This document shows, in pieces, positions 44,458 to 54,588 of a stretch of DNA of 64,000 nt (position 1 is the first letter of the stretch; each line of letters opens with the position of its first letter). The stretch spans positions 184,155-248,154 of the forward strand of contig CBDUPA010000011.1 of NCBI GenBank assembly GCA_965368975.1, given 5' to 3'. The stretch is from an uncultured bacterium (GTDB taxonomy: Bacteria > Acidobacteriota > Thermoanaerobaculia > Multivoradales > JAHZIX01). The notes beneath the pieces were generated by a model. It ran no database searches. It saw only the letters and a program-made list of their open reading frames with translations, and had not been told where the DNA came from. Position numbers and translations under genes: made by a program.

Positions 44458-44712
44458 GTGGACGGTTATCCAGAAAGCGTCGAGCACGAGCTGCGCGATG
44501 TTCTCGACCTGCTGGTCGACGAGCCGGACGAGATCGACATCGAGGCCCTGAGCACGCACAAGGACGGTACGGTCTTCGAGGTGCAGGCAGCACCCTCGGA
44601 TATCGGCAAGATCGTCGGCCGGCAGGGGCGCACGGTGCGGGCTCTGCGCACGCTGCTCGCAGTCCGCGGTGAAGTGGACGAGCAGCGCTATGAGCTCGAG
44701 ATCGTCGACTAG
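44458..44712 (+). CDS. khpA: KH-domain RNA-binding protein KhpA
   Basis: LVDEPD, DIGKIVGRQGRT.RALR.LL, LEI; lies between rpsP and rimM. Confidence 0.9.
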   Translation: MDGYPESVEHELRDVLDLLVDEPDEIDIEALSTHKDGTVFEVQAAPSDIGKIVGRQGRTVRALRTLLAVRGEVDEQRYELEIVD

Positions 44713-45316
44713 CACGCCGCGCTCCGGCTCCGCTGAGGCTCCCGGGTCTACCGCAGATCCCGGCTCCGCCCGGCAGTGGCCGGACACGGTCATTGTCGGC
44801 AGGGTCCGCAAGCCGCACGGCGTGCGCGGAGAGGTCCGGATCGAAGTGCTGAGCGACAATGCGGATCGTTTCGTCGCCGGTGTCGAGCTGCAGCTGGTGC
44901 CCAGCGAGCTATCCCGGGGACTAACCCCGCGGACGGTCACCATCGAGCGTAGCCGCCCAGACAAGGGCGATCTGCTCGTGCACTTCGAAGGCATCGAGGA
45001 TCGCGACGCCGTCGAGGGTTGGCGCGGTGCGCTACTCGAGGTCGACCGCGCGTCCGTGCCTGCTGCCGAGGACGGCACGTATTACTACTTCGAACTCGTG
45101 GGTTGCCGCTGCCACGATCGCCAGGCAGGCGACCTGGGTGAAATCGTCGACGTTCTCGAGGACGGCGGCGGCTTGTTGCTGCTGACTCGCCATGGCGACC
45201 GCGAATTGCCCATCCCCTTCGTCAATCGCTTCATCGAACACATCGACATCCAGGCAGGCCGCATCGAGCTAAACCTGCCGCCCGGTCTCGTCGAGCTATG
45301 CACATCCAAGTCCTGA
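44690..45316 (+). CDS. rimM: Ribosome maturation factor RimM (start uncertain)
   Basis: VGRV.KPHGVRGEV, YY..ELVGC, IPFV..FI..ID, PPGL. Confidence 0.9.
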   Translation: MSSRSSTSTPRSGSAEAPGSTADPGSARQWPDTVIVGRVRKPHGVRGEVRIEVLSDNADRFVAGVELQLVPSELSRGLTPRTVTIERSRPDKGDLLVHFEGIEDRDAVEGWRGALLEVDRASVPAAEDGTYYYFELVGCRCHDRQAGDLGEIVDVLEDGGGLLLLTRHGDRELPIPFVNRFIEHIDIQAGRIELNLPPGLVELCTSKS

Positions 45317-46089
45317 CCATCTTCCCGCACTTGTTCGAGCCGTTCCTGGGCACCAGCCTGATCGGCAAGGCGATCGAGCGTGGACAGCTGGATGTCAGCG
45401 TGCACGATTTGCGCGACTTCAGCGAAGATCGACACAAGAGCGTCGACGACGAGCCGTACGGCGGTGGCGGCGGCATGGTGATGACCGCGCCGCCCTTCCT
45501 CCATGCCCACGCCCAGCTGCAGGCTGGGCGCCAGGATGAACCCGCGCACTGTGTCTTGCTGTCACCGCAGGGGCGCCGGTTGGACGAGAAGCGGGTGCGC
45601 GAGCTGTCGCGCCAGCCGCGCCTGCTACTGCTCTGCGGTCGCTACGAAGGTGTCGACGAGCGGGTGCGCGAAGCGATCGTCGACGAAGAGGTCTCGATCG
45701 GCGACTTCGTGCTCTCCGGTGGCGAGCTACCGGCGATGGTGCTGATCGAAGCCGTGTCGCGGCAGCTACCCGGGGTCGTCGGGCATACCGATTCCGTCGA
45801 GCAAGACAGCTTCCGGCGCGGTCTGCTGGACTATCCGCACTACACGCGACCTCGCGAGTTGCAGGGTATGACGGTACCGGACGTTTTGTTGTCCGGCGAC
45901 CATGCTGCCATCGAGCACTGGCGTCGATTGCAGGCCGTGCGGGCGACCGTCGACAAGCGACCCGACCTGATCGCACACCTCGACCCGGGCCAGCTGACCT
46001 CTGTCGAATTGCAAGAACTCACGCGCCTGGGGCAGCCGATCGACGGCACCGGGGCCAACGTAGCCAACAGCACTCCGCGGACCCACTGA
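45298..46089 (+). CDS. trmD: tRNA (guanine37-N1)-methyltransferase
   Basis: VDDEPYGGG.GMV, LSPQG, CGRYEGVDER, SIGDFVLSGGE, YPHYTRP. Confidence 0.97.
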   Translation: MHIQVLTIFPHLFEPFLGTSLIGKAIERGQLDVSVHDLRDFSEDRHKSVDDEPYGGGGGMVMTAPPFLHAHAQLQAGRQDEPAHCVLLSPQGRRLDEKRVRELSRQPRLLLLCGRYEGVDERVREAIVDEEVSIGDFVLSGGELPAMVLIEAVSRQLPGVVGHTDSVEQDSFRRGLLDYPHYTRPRELQGMTVPDVLLSGDHAAIEHWRRLQAVRATVDKRPDLIAHLDPGQLTSVELQELTRLGQPIDGTGANVANSTPRTH

Positions 46090-46195
46090 GTGGCCGACCT
46101 GGAATTCGAGGTTGCACCGCACGTCGCGGATCCGTGATAATTTCCGTTCCCCCGCTCGAAGCGGTGGCCAATCCAAGTAATCGAGGTCTGGATTC

Positions 46196-46561
46196 ATGAA
46201 CAACTTACAGCATGTGGAAAGCCCGTATCTGCGGGACGACGTACCGGAATTTCGCGCTGGTGACACCGTAAAGGTTCACGTAAAGGTCCGTGAAGGCGGC
46301 AAGGAGCGCATTCAGGTGTTCCAGGGCGTCGTGATCGCGCGCCGCGGCGGGGGCACGCGGGAATCTTTCATGGTGCGCAAGATCTCGAGCGGTATCGGGG
46401 TCGAGCGTATCTTCCCGTTGCACTCGCCCTCGCTCGACAAGGTCGAACTGATGCGGCGCGGCAAAGTGCGTCGCTCGAAGCTCTTCTACCTTCGTGGTCT
46501 GCGTGGTCGTGCAGCGCGTATCGAGGAGCGTCGCGACGATCTCCACAAGGCCACCAAGTGA
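46196..46561 (+). CDS. rplS: 50S ribosomal protein L19
   Basis: [43 protein letters not shown]. Confidence 0.97.
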   Translation: MNNLQHVESPYLRDDVPEFRAGDTVKVHVKVREGGKERIQVFQGVVIARRGGGTRESFMVRKISSGIGVERIFPLHSPSLDKVELMRRGKVRRSKLFYLRGLRGRAARIEERRDDLHKATK

Positions 46562-46616
46562 CACCACCGGCCCGCGGTGGGTTTGCCATCCGTGGGCCGC
46601 GCGATAGATTCGGCGC

Positions 46617-47267
46617 GTGGCCACCGTCGAACAACTCTTTGCCGAGACCTATCGACTCAGTATACTGCGGAGGCTAGAAACCCTCCTCGGTACATGGGGC
46701 TACCTTCTGGTGGCGGGCGTCGACGAGGCGGGGCGAGGTTGTCTCGCCGGGCCGGTGGTGGCTGCCGCGGTGATACCTGACCCCTCTCGATGCCTGCCGG
46801 GGGTAGACGACAGCAAGCGATTGACCGCCGCTCAGCGGGAGAAGCTGGAGAGAGCGATCCGAGATTCAGCCCTGGCCCACGCCGTCGTCGCGGTCGCGCC
46901 GTCGGTAATCGACCGGATCAATATTCTGGAGGCGACACGGCATGCCATGCGGCAGGCCTTGACTCGTCTGCGGCCGCTACCGGACTGCGCGATCATCGAC
47001 GCGGTTCCCCTGCGCGGAGCCCCTTGCCCGTGCCTGCCCCTGGTCAAGGGAGACTCGCGCTCCTACGCTGTCGCGGCGGCGTCGATACTGGCCAAGACGG
47101 CGCGCGACCGCATGATGGTCGACCTCGATGCGCGCTACCCACAGTACGGCTTTGCCGAGCACAAGGGCTACGGCGCGCCCTACCACCGGCAAGCGCTGCA
47201 GGACTATGGTCCGTGCCCGGCGCACCGATTGACGTTCAAGTCCGTGCTCCCTCGGGGAGAGGTCTGA
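46617..47267 (+). CDS. rnhB: Ribonuclease HII
   Basis: AGVDEAGRG.LAGPV, DDSK.L, KGD..S..AAASILAK, HKGY, HR.TF. Confidence 0.95.
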   Translation: MATVEQLFAETYRLSILRRLETLLGTWGYLLVAGVDEAGRGCLAGPVVAAAVIPDPSRCLPGVDDSKRLTAAQREKLERAIRDSALAHAVVAVAPSVIDRINILEATRHAMRQALTRLRPLPDCAIIDAVPLRGAPCPCLPLVKGDSRSYAVAAASILAKTARDRMMVDLDARYPQYGFAEHKGYGAPYHRQALQDYGPCPAHRLTFKSVLPRGEV

Positions 47268-47270
47268 GCA

Positions 47271-50200
47271 ATGGCGACGTCGATCGAGAAGCGGAAGAAG
47301 GCGGCGGAAAAGTACGTCTCCAAGGGCAAGATCGAAGCCGCGATCAAGGAGTACACCAAGGTCCTCGAAGAGACCCCGAAGGACATCAATATCCTCAACC
47401 GTCTCGGGGACCTGCACGCGCGCATCAAGCGTACCGACGAAGCGGCACGACTGTTCACGGGCATTGCCGAGCAGTACACGGACGAGGGTTTCTTCGTCAA
47501 AGCGATCGCGATCTACAAAAAGATCATCAAGCTCGACCCATCGCGGTTGGAGATCTACGAGAAGCTGGCCGAGCTGTACCACAAGCAGGGCCTGATCAAC
47601 GAGGCGCGCACTCAGTACCAGGTGCTGGCGGACTACTACCTCAAGCACGACAACGCGGCCTCGGCGATCTCCATCTACCAGAACATGGTGCGGTTGGAGC
47701 CGGACAATCCGTCCCACCACGCCAAGCTGGCTGAGCTGTACCATCAGCAGAAGCTGCCCGAGAAGGCGATCGAGCGCTACCAGACGATCGCCGACATCAT
47801 GCTCCGTCACGGCCAGGGGGACCAGGCCGGGCAAGTCTTCGAGCGCGCCTTCGATGTCCATTCCGGCATCGATTTCGTCTCCAGCGCCATCGGCAAGTTG
47901 CGGGAGGCGGGCCATCAGGGCATTGCCGCCCGCGTGCTGGCCAAAGCGATGGAGCACAATCCCGAGGCACGTTCGCTGCTGTCGGGGGATCTCGCTCCCC
48001 CTGAGCCCGCGCCGCCAACTCCAACCGCCGTGCCGCCAACCCCGGCGCCGACCGTGGCCGACGAGCCGGGGGATGCAACAGGGGTCGAGGACGTGGGTGT
48101 CGAGGATCGGGTCGCCCCCCGCCCAGCTGTCGGCGACGATCTCCAGGCGGCCATGGCAGCGGCAGCCGCCAGCGTCGGGGACGAAGCTGCCGATGTGGAC
48201 GAGTCTGACGGTGATGCCTCGCCCTTGGACCTGGAACTCGAGGATTTCAACGAAGACGAGCCCGAGAGCCTGATCCGACCGCCCGAAGACATGGCCGATG
48301 ACGAGGTCACCGGTCTGGGCTTCAACCGAGAGTTCAAGGCCGGCATGGAAACGACCGGCTTCAGTCTCGCTGATGCCGACGACGCCTTCGACCTGGATCT
48401 CGACGATGTGGCAGCCGAGGAGCCTGCTCCGGCAGCCGTCGACGTCGCGGATCTGGAGGAAGAAATCGAGCTCGAGATCGAACTCGAGGACACCAGCTTC
48501 GAGCTAGAGCCGGCGGTGACCAGTGAGCCGGCGACGGATGAGCCGGAGGACGAGGAAGAGACGCCGGCCCTGGCCGAGGACGACATCCTGTCCGAAGCCG
48601 AGGTGATGACCAAGTATGGTCTGCGCGAAAAGGCCCTGGAGCGCATCCATCAAGTATTGAGTCACAACGACCGTAACCTCATGGCACATCGGCTGCTGAT
48701 CCAGATGCATCTGGATGACGAGGATGCCGAAGAAGTGCAAGTGGTGGCCGAGCGCATGGCCGGCATTGCCGTCGAGGTCGGCGACCAGACGGAGTGGCCA
48801 CAGGTTCGCGAGATGCTGCAGGCGGCCGGCTACGGTATCGCCGAGTTGGCCGAAGTGCCAGCAGAGGAGCCAGTTGAGGTTGTATCAGGCGAGGTTGTAC
48901 CAGACGAGCCTGTGCCAGGCGAGGCTGTGCCAGCCGAAGTGGAGCCGATCGAGGTCGAAGCCGCCGATCTGGCGGAAGCCGAAGTCGTCGAGGTCGAGGT
49001 ACAGCCCATACCCAGCGAGCCAGCACCCAGCGGGCCCATACCCAGCGAGCCCGCCGAGCCGGTTGCCCAGGAACCAGCACCCGCCCCCTTCTCGCTCGGC
49101 GACCTTTCCGACGATGAGCCCGTCATCGCGGACGTGCCCGCCGCCGCACAGCCTGCTACGGAACCTGCCGCTGACATGGCTGCTGGATTGACCGCTGAGT
49201 CGGCCACGCCGACCACCGACGCCCTGGATGCCGCCTTGGCCGATGCTGCTGGAGGTGTCGTCCCGCGCCCGGCTGCTTCACCGGCCTCGGTCGAGGAAGC
49301 GGCCGCCTCGATCGAACGCGAAGTCGCCGCGTCCGAGCTCTTCGCGGAAAGCAATTCGGCCTCCGGTGTCGTCGTCGAGTTGCCAGCCGAACAGCCCGTC
49401 AAGTCGGGTGGCCGCTCGGATCGGATCACCCGCCTGCTCGACAACCTGCTGGAGGAAACCTCCGGCCGGAAGAAAAAGAAATCGGCCACAGAGAAGGCGC
49501 TGGAAGAGATGCTCTCCGAGACGCTCGGGGCACGGCCGAAGGCCAAGTCCACCGCGACTTCGAGTGCGCCTGCGCCGCCGGCCGCTCCGGCCGCCGCGCC
49601 TGCCGCCGGATCAATGGACAGTACGGCACCCGTCACGCCGGTGCAGCCGGCAGCCCAGCCTGAGTTCGCCCCAGTTGAAGCTGCGCCAGTTGAAGCCGCG
49701 CCAGTTGAAGCTGCGCCAGTCGCGCCTGTTCCGGCGGCCCCGGCCCAGCCTGCAGCCGCCAGGACATCGGAACCGGGTGCGCCGGTCAAGGTGAAAGCGC
49801 GACCAGCGATCGACGCCGACGACGTCAGTGACATTGACGATGCGCTCTCCTTCCTGGAGCCGATGGCTCCCGCTGACCCTGCCCCGGCCCCAGCTCCGGC
49901 GCAGACCAACCTCAACGACACGGCGGCCAGCGGTATGGACGACACGTCGCCGGCGACGTTCGAGGATACCGGCATGAGCTGGCTCGACGAGGTCGCCGAC
50001 GGTCAGCCGGGGCAGGCGGCGGATGACAACATCTTCGAAGACGAAGAAGGCTTCTTCGATCTCGCCAACGAATTGGGCGACGAGTTGGGTGTCGGTGTCT
50101 TCGACCCCAAAGCGCAGGCGGAGCCCCCCGAAGAGCAGAGTCTCGACGAGATCATTTCCGGATTCAAGCGCGGCGTGGCCGAAAATCTCGGGTCCGAGGA

Positions 50201-50564
50201 TGTCGATACCCACTTCAACCTTGGCATTGCCTATCGCGAAATGGGCTTGCTCGACGAAGCGATCGGTGAGTTCCAGGTGGCCGCCAAGGGCGAGAGCTAC
50301 CTGGTCCAGAGTTGCTCGATGCTCGGGATGTGCTTCCAGGAGAAGGGACTGCCGGAGCTGGCCATCAAGTGGTACACGCGTGGCCTGGCCGCGCCGGGAG
50401 TCAGCGAGAACGACAGCCTGGCACTGCTCTATGACCTGGGTAGTGCTTACCTGGCCACCGGAGACACGCAGAAAGCACGGCAGACGTTCGTCGAGGTCTA
50501 CGGCATCAACTCCAACTATCGCGACGTTTCCGCGAAACTGGCCTCGATCCCGAGCGGTGGCTAG
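47271..50564 (+). CDS. Large TPR protein with acidic/Pro-Ala disordered centre (SgmX-like architecture)
   Basis: N-terminal TPRs (GFFVKAIAIYKKI.KLDP); C-terminal TPRs (THFNLGIAYREMGLLDEAI.EF, NYRDV); EAAPV three times and PIPSEPA twice. Confidence 0.8.
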   Translation: MATSIEKRKKAAEKYVSKGKIEAAIKEYTKVLEETPKDINILNRLGDLHARIKRTDEAARLFTGIAEQYTDEGFFVKAIAIYKKIIKLDPSRLEIYEKLAELYHKQGLINEARTQYQVLADYYLKHDNAASAISIYQNMVRLEPDNPSHHAKLAELYHQQKLPEKAIERYQTIADIMLRHGQGDQAGQVFERAFDVHSGIDFVSSAIGKLREAGHQGIAARVLAKAMEHNPEARSLLSGDLAPPEPAPPTPTAVPPTPAPTVADEPGDATGVEDVGVEDRVAPRPAVGDDLQAAMAAAAASVGDEAADVDESDGDASPLDLELEDFNEDEPESLIRPPEDMADDEVTGLGFNREFKAGMETTGFSLADADDAFDLDLDDVAAEEPAPAAVDVADLEEEIELEIELEDTSFELEPAVTSEPATDEPEDEEETPALAEDDILSEAEVMTKYGLREKALERIHQVLSHNDRNLMAHRLLIQMHLDDEDAEEVQVVAERMAGIAVEVGDQTEWPQVREMLQAAGYGIAELAEVPAEEPVEVVSGEVVPDEPVPGEAVPAEVEPIEVEAADLAEAEVVEVEVQPIPSEPAPSGPIPSEPAEPVAQEPAPAPFSLGDLSDDEPVIADVPAAAQPATEPAADMAAGLTAESATPTTDALDAALADAAGGVVPRPAASPASVEEAAASIEREVAASELFAESNSASGVVVELPAEQPVKSGGRSDRITRLLDNLLEETSGRKKKKSATEKALEEMLSETLGARPKAKSTATSSAPAPPAAPAAAPAAGSMDSTAPVTPVQPAAQPEFAPVEAAPVEAAPVEAAPVAPVPAAPAQPAAARTSEPGAPVKVKARPAIDADDVSDIDDALSFLEPMAPADPAPAPAPAQTNLNDTAASGMDDTSPATFEDTGMSWLDEVADGQPGQAADDNIFEDEEGFFDLANELGDELGVGVFDPKAQAEPPEEQSLDEIISGFKRGVAENLGSEDVDTHFNLGIAYREMGLLDEAIGEFQVAAKGESYLVQSCSMLGMCFQEKGLPELAIKWYTRGLAAPGVSENDSLALLYDLGSAYLATGDTQKARQTFVEVYGINSNYRDVSAKLASIPSGG

Positions 50565-50669
50565 TCTGCGCTGTCCGCTCTGGCGGCTTTGCGGATGGCA
50601 GGCTCGCGATCCCGTTCTCCTCGCGGTAGCAGCGGGAACCGCCACCCAGGATCGAGAGTCTCATCTCCC

Positions 50670-51842
50670 ATGAGTCGAGAACGCAACACCACGACCGTCC
50701 TCATCCTGGTCATCGTCCTGGCCCTGGCGGCGCTGTACTTCTATCCCCGTCTGGAGAAGGAGTTGCAGCCCGAGCTGGTGACCGCCTGGGTCGCCCTCGA
50801 AGTTGAGGGGACCGGCATCGCCGAGGTTGCGCCGCACCAACTCGAAGCCCCGGCTCCGGGCGAGCCCCTGCCCGTACGGTTGCACGCCGTGGTCGAGGCC
50901 ACCACGCGCAGCGGAGAGACGGTGTACTACACCGAAGCTCCCGCGCTGCGCCTACACGGCGAGGACATACCAGCCGAGTCGCTGCGCTCCTGGGATCTCG
51001 CGGGTGTCGTCAAGGTGCTGTGGTTCTCCGTCGAGGGCGGGGCTCCTTTCCTACGGGCGACGAGCACGCCGGACCTGGAGCAGTTCCAGTTCCGCGAGAA
51101 CTTCCGCAGCCGCTGGCCGGAAGCGTGGAGCATTCCTGCTCGTCTGGGCCCCGCTTCGAGCCCAAACAAGCGCTTCCTCTACGGTGAAGACCAGGACGCC
51201 TTCGGCACTCAGCGGTACCACGTTCGCGTCGAGGTCTACGCGCGGGAAAAAGAGCTGGTGCCCGAGCAGCGCGTCAAGTCCTGGGGGGCCGACCAGCTGC
51301 CGGCACGCGCGGCCGAGTTCCCGACGCTGACCGTCGCTCTGCCCGGACACCTGGCACCCGCTTCCAAAATCTTCAATCTGACGCAGATCGAGATCGAGGG
51401 CGACAGCGAAGAGTTTGCCAGCTTGTTGCGTCAGGTCAATCAGCTACACGACCAGCACCTGGCCTTCAACCGCCTCACCGTGGTCAACCAGCTCCTGGAA
51501 GCTACCGGCAGCACGCCGGACGACCTCGACTGGCAGCCACTGGAACTCGATGCCGGTCTACCCTGGGCCCGTAATGGATCGACCGTTCCTGCCGTCGCCC
51601 CCGGCGACCTGCTGCGCGTGCTCGACCGCATCGTCATCCTGTACCGTGACGCCCAACCCGGCGATATCCCGCCCAGCGACGCCGACGCAGGCAACCCTGG
51701 CGCCGTCATTCCTGACACCACCCCTGGCATCCTCGACCGCCAAGACCTGGTCTTCGACTTCGCCCGCGGTGCTGCCGTGCGACCCTTGGAGCACGTCTTC
51801 ACGGGTTCCGGCGAAGTCAGCTGGGTCCACTTCGACGGATAG
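50670..51842 (+). CDS. Hypothetical membrane-anchored protein
   Basis: N-terminal TM VLILVIVLALAALYF; long ORF in operon orientation. Confidence 0.65.
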   Translation: MSRERNTTTVLILVIVLALAALYFYPRLEKELQPELVTAWVALEVEGTGIAEVAPHQLEAPAPGEPLPVRLHAVVEATTRSGETVYYTEAPALRLHGEDIPAESLRSWDLAGVVKVLWFSVEGGAPFLRATSTPDLEQFQFRENFRSRWPEAWSIPARLGPASSPNKRFLYGEDQDAFGTQRYHVRVEVYAREKELVPEQRVKSWGADQLPARAAEFPTLTVALPGHLAPASKIFNLTQIEIEGDSEEFASLLRQVNQLHDQHLAFNRLTVVNQLLEATGSTPDDLDWQPLELDAGLPWARNGSTVPAVAPGDLLRVLDRIVILYRDAQPGDIPPSDADAGNPGAVIPDTTPGILDRQDLVFDFARGAAVRPLEHVFTGSGEVSWVHFDG

Positions 51843-51906
51843 CCCGTCCTCAAGTCAGATAGCCCTCTCGCCCGAAACCCGTTCTTGCCCGAAAGAAGCC
51901 TTCCAG

Positions 51907-52911
51907 ATGAGCACCAAGATCACCCTCCTTCCCGGTGACGGGATCGGCCCCGAAGTCACCGCCGCTGTCGTCCGCATCCTCGACGCCGCCGGCGCCGACC
52001 TGGTCTACGACAAGCATGCCGCCGGCATCGACGCCATGGCCCTCTCCGGTGAGCCACTGCCGGAATCCGTCCTGGAGTCCATCCGCGACAACCGAGTCGC
52101 GCTCAAAGGTCCGATCACCACACCCGTGGGGAAGGGCTTCAAGTCGGTCAACGTCCAGCTGCGTCAGAAGCTCGACCTCTACGCCAACCTACGTCCGGCC
52201 AGCAGCATGCCCGGCGTGCCCAATCGATTCAGCGACGTCGACATCGTCGTGGTGCGCGAGAACACCGAAGGTCTCTACAGCGGCATCGAGCACGAGGTCG
52301 TGCCCGGCGTCGTCGAGAGCTTGAAGATTGTCACCGAGCGCGCCTCCACGCGTATCGCCCAGTTCGCCTTCGAGTACGCGCGCCAACACGGCCGCAAGCG
52401 CGTCACTGCGGTGCACAAGGCCAACATCATGAAGATGTCCGACGGCCTCTTCCTCGACTGCTTCCGCAAGGTCGCTGAAGACTACCCGGACATCGAAGCC
52501 GACGACCGCATCATCGACGCGCTGTGCATGCAGCTGGTGATCCACCCCGAGCGCTTCGACGTCTTGGTGCTCGAGAATCTCTACGGCGACATCGTCTCGG
52601 ACCTGTGTGCCGGCCTGGTCGGCGGCCTGGGAGTCATCCCCAGCGCCAACCTCGGCCACGACATCGCCCTGTTCGAAGCCGTCCACGGCAGCGCGCCGGA
52701 CATCGCGGGCCAGAACCTGGCCAATCCGATGGCGCTGCTGCGCTCCGCCCTGTTGATGCTCGACTACCTGGGCAAGACGGACGTCGCGGCCAACATTCGC
52801 CAAGCGCTGTACCGCACGGTGGTCGACCAGGGGATTCGCACGAAGGATCTGGGTGGCAAGGCGAGCACGACCGAGTTCACCGAGGCGGTGGTGGCGGCGC
52901 TGGAGGGGTAG
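51907..52911 (+). CDS. NAD-dependent isocitrate dehydrogenase (isocitrate/isopropylmalate dehydrogenase family)
   Basis: LPGDGIGPE, LKGPITTP, SVNVQLR, RENTEGLY, HKANIMK.SDG, NLYGDIVSD, FEAVHGSAPDIAG. Confidence 0.9.
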   Translation: MSTKITLLPGDGIGPEVTAAVVRILDAAGADLVYDKHAAGIDAMALSGEPLPESVLESIRDNRVALKGPITTPVGKGFKSVNVQLRQKLDLYANLRPASSMPGVPNRFSDVDIVVVRENTEGLYSGIEHEVVPGVVESLKIVTERASTRIAQFAFEYARQHGRKRVTAVHKANIMKMSDGLFLDCFRKVAEDYPDIEADDRIIDALCMQLVIHPERFDVLVLENLYGDIVSDLCAGLVGGLGVIPSANLGHDIALFEAVHGSAPDIAGQNLANPMALLRSALLMLDYLGKTDVAANIRQALYRTVVDQGIRTKDLGGKASTTEFTEAVVAALEG

Positions 52912-52947
52912 GACGATAGAGGTTTTGCGGGCGGCTACAATTGCCAT

Positions 52948-54345
52948 ATGCGAACCCTCTTCGACGATCAGCTTCCTGCTTCCCCAGAGCCCCAGCCAGA
53001 GCACCAGAGGTCTTCGGGCCCGAGTTCAGCGGCCGGTTCTGGCAAGCTCGACGCCTCCTCTCCCCTCGCCGAGCGCCTCCGTCCCCGCACCCTCGACGAG
53101 GTGGTCGGCCAGGACAAGGTGGTCGGCGCGGACGGTTTCCTACGTCGCGCCATCGCCGCCGACCGTGTGCCGTCATTGATCTTCTGGGGGCCACCCGGCT
53201 GCGGCAAGACGACCCTGGCGCGCATCATTGCCGCCGAGACGCAGAGTCGCTTCGTGCCTTTCAGCGCGGTCACCTCCGGTATCAAGGAAGTGCGCCAGGT
53301 GATGGCGGACGCCGAGCGTTTGCGCCAGGCCAATCAAGCACGAACCCTCTTGTTCGTCGACGAGATACACCGCTTCAATCGCGCGCAGCAAGACGCCTTC
53401 CTGCCGTACGTCGAGAAGGGAGACATCGTGCTCGTCGGCGCGACGACGGAGAATCCCTCCTTCGAACTCAACGCCGCGTTGTTGTCACGCGGCCGGGTCG
53501 TCGTGCTGGAGCCCCTGAGCCTCGACGCTCTGACGTCCCTACTACGCCGAGCCTTGACGGACACCGACCGTGGTCTGGGCGAGCACCGAGTCAATGCCGC
53601 CGACGACGCCCTGGCCCACCTGGCCCAGCTCGCGTCCGGCGATGCGCGCAAGGCACTGAATCTGCTGGAACTGGTCGTCCAAGATGCTGCCGAGGAGGGG
53701 CGCGATCACCTCGACATTGAGGCCGTCCAGCGCGTGGCGCAGCGAAAGGTCTTGCTCTACGACAAGAGCGGCGAGGAACACTTCAACCTCATCTCCGCCG
53801 TCCACAAGAGCCTGCGCGAGAGCGATCCGGACGCCTCTGTCTACTGGATCACGCGCATGCTCGAAGCCGGCGAAGACCCCAAGTACCTGGCCCGCCGTCT
53901 CGTCCGCTTTGCCAGTGAGGATGTCGGCCTGGCCGATCCGCAAGCGCTGCCGCAGACCCTAGCCGCCTGGGACGCCTATCACCGTCTCGGCTCACCTGAA
54001 GGCGACTTGGCCTTGATCCAAGCCGCGATCTACTTGGCGCTGGCGCCGAAGAGCAACGCGGCGTACGTCGCGCACAAGAAGGCGAAGAAGACGCTGGCGG
54101 AGCGTCCAGCCGATCCGGTGCCGCCGGTGATCCGCAACGCGCCGACGTCGCTGATGAAGGATCTGGGGTATGGCAAGGGGTACGTCTACGCCCACGATAC
54201 GGAAGAGGGGGTCGGTGGGCTGGACTGCTTGCCGGAGGCGCTGCAGGGGACGCGCTTCTATGAGCCGAGGGGGGAGGGCGTCGAGGCAGGGTTGCGGGAA
54301 AGGTTGGAGCAGCTCTTGAAGCTGCGGGGCCGGAGGACAAAATGA
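52948..54345 (+). CDS. rarA: Replication-associated recombination protein A (MgsA)
   Basis: PLAERLRP, WGPPGCGKT, VDEIHRFN..QQD, GATTENP, ASEDVGLADP, KSN..Y. Confidence 0.95.
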   Translation: MRTLFDDQLPASPEPQPEHQRSSGPSSAAGSGKLDASSPLAERLRPRTLDEVVGQDKVVGADGFLRRAIAADRVPSLIFWGPPGCGKTTLARIIAAETQSRFVPFSAVTSGIKEVRQVMADAERLRQANQARTLLFVDEIHRFNRAQQDAFLPYVEKGDIVLVGATTENPSFELNAALLSRGRVVVLEPLSLDALTSLLRRALTDTDRGLGEHRVNAADDALAHLAQLASGDARKALNLLELVVQDAAEEGRDHLDIEAVQRVAQRKVLLYDKSGEEHFNLISAVHKSLRESDPDASVYWITRMLEAGEDPKYLARRLVRFASEDVGLADPQALPQTLAAWDAYHRLGSPEGDLALIQAAIYLALAPKSNAAYVAHKKAKKTLAERPADPVPPVIRNAPTSLMKDLGYGKGYVYAHDTEEGVGGLDCLPEALQGTRFYEPRGEGVEAGLRERLEQLLKLRGRRTK

Positions 54346-54588
54346 AGAACCCTGGACGACAGGCTCACACACGGGCAGGTGAGCCCACCGACCAGGGTGG
54401 GGTCTAGGAGGATTCTCTTGCCCCTCAATCAAGTAAGCGGGGAAACGAGAGAGTTTGGGTCACTGACCGCGGAGGGTTGCCCCGAATGAGGACGTCAGCA
54501 TAGGCTTGCGCCCGCCTACCGGGCGATGCTCCGGGCGATGCTGTCGGCCCCGCCTGCGATCTTGAACCTCTACCACAAGGGAGCTCCC

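Noticed and set aside
54349-54408. Interrupted hairpin after rarA (accctgg..ggctcac..gtgagcc..ccagggt) as a REP element or ncRNA
   Set aside because: Single occurrence with no recognisable RNA family; possibly just a terminator-like structure.
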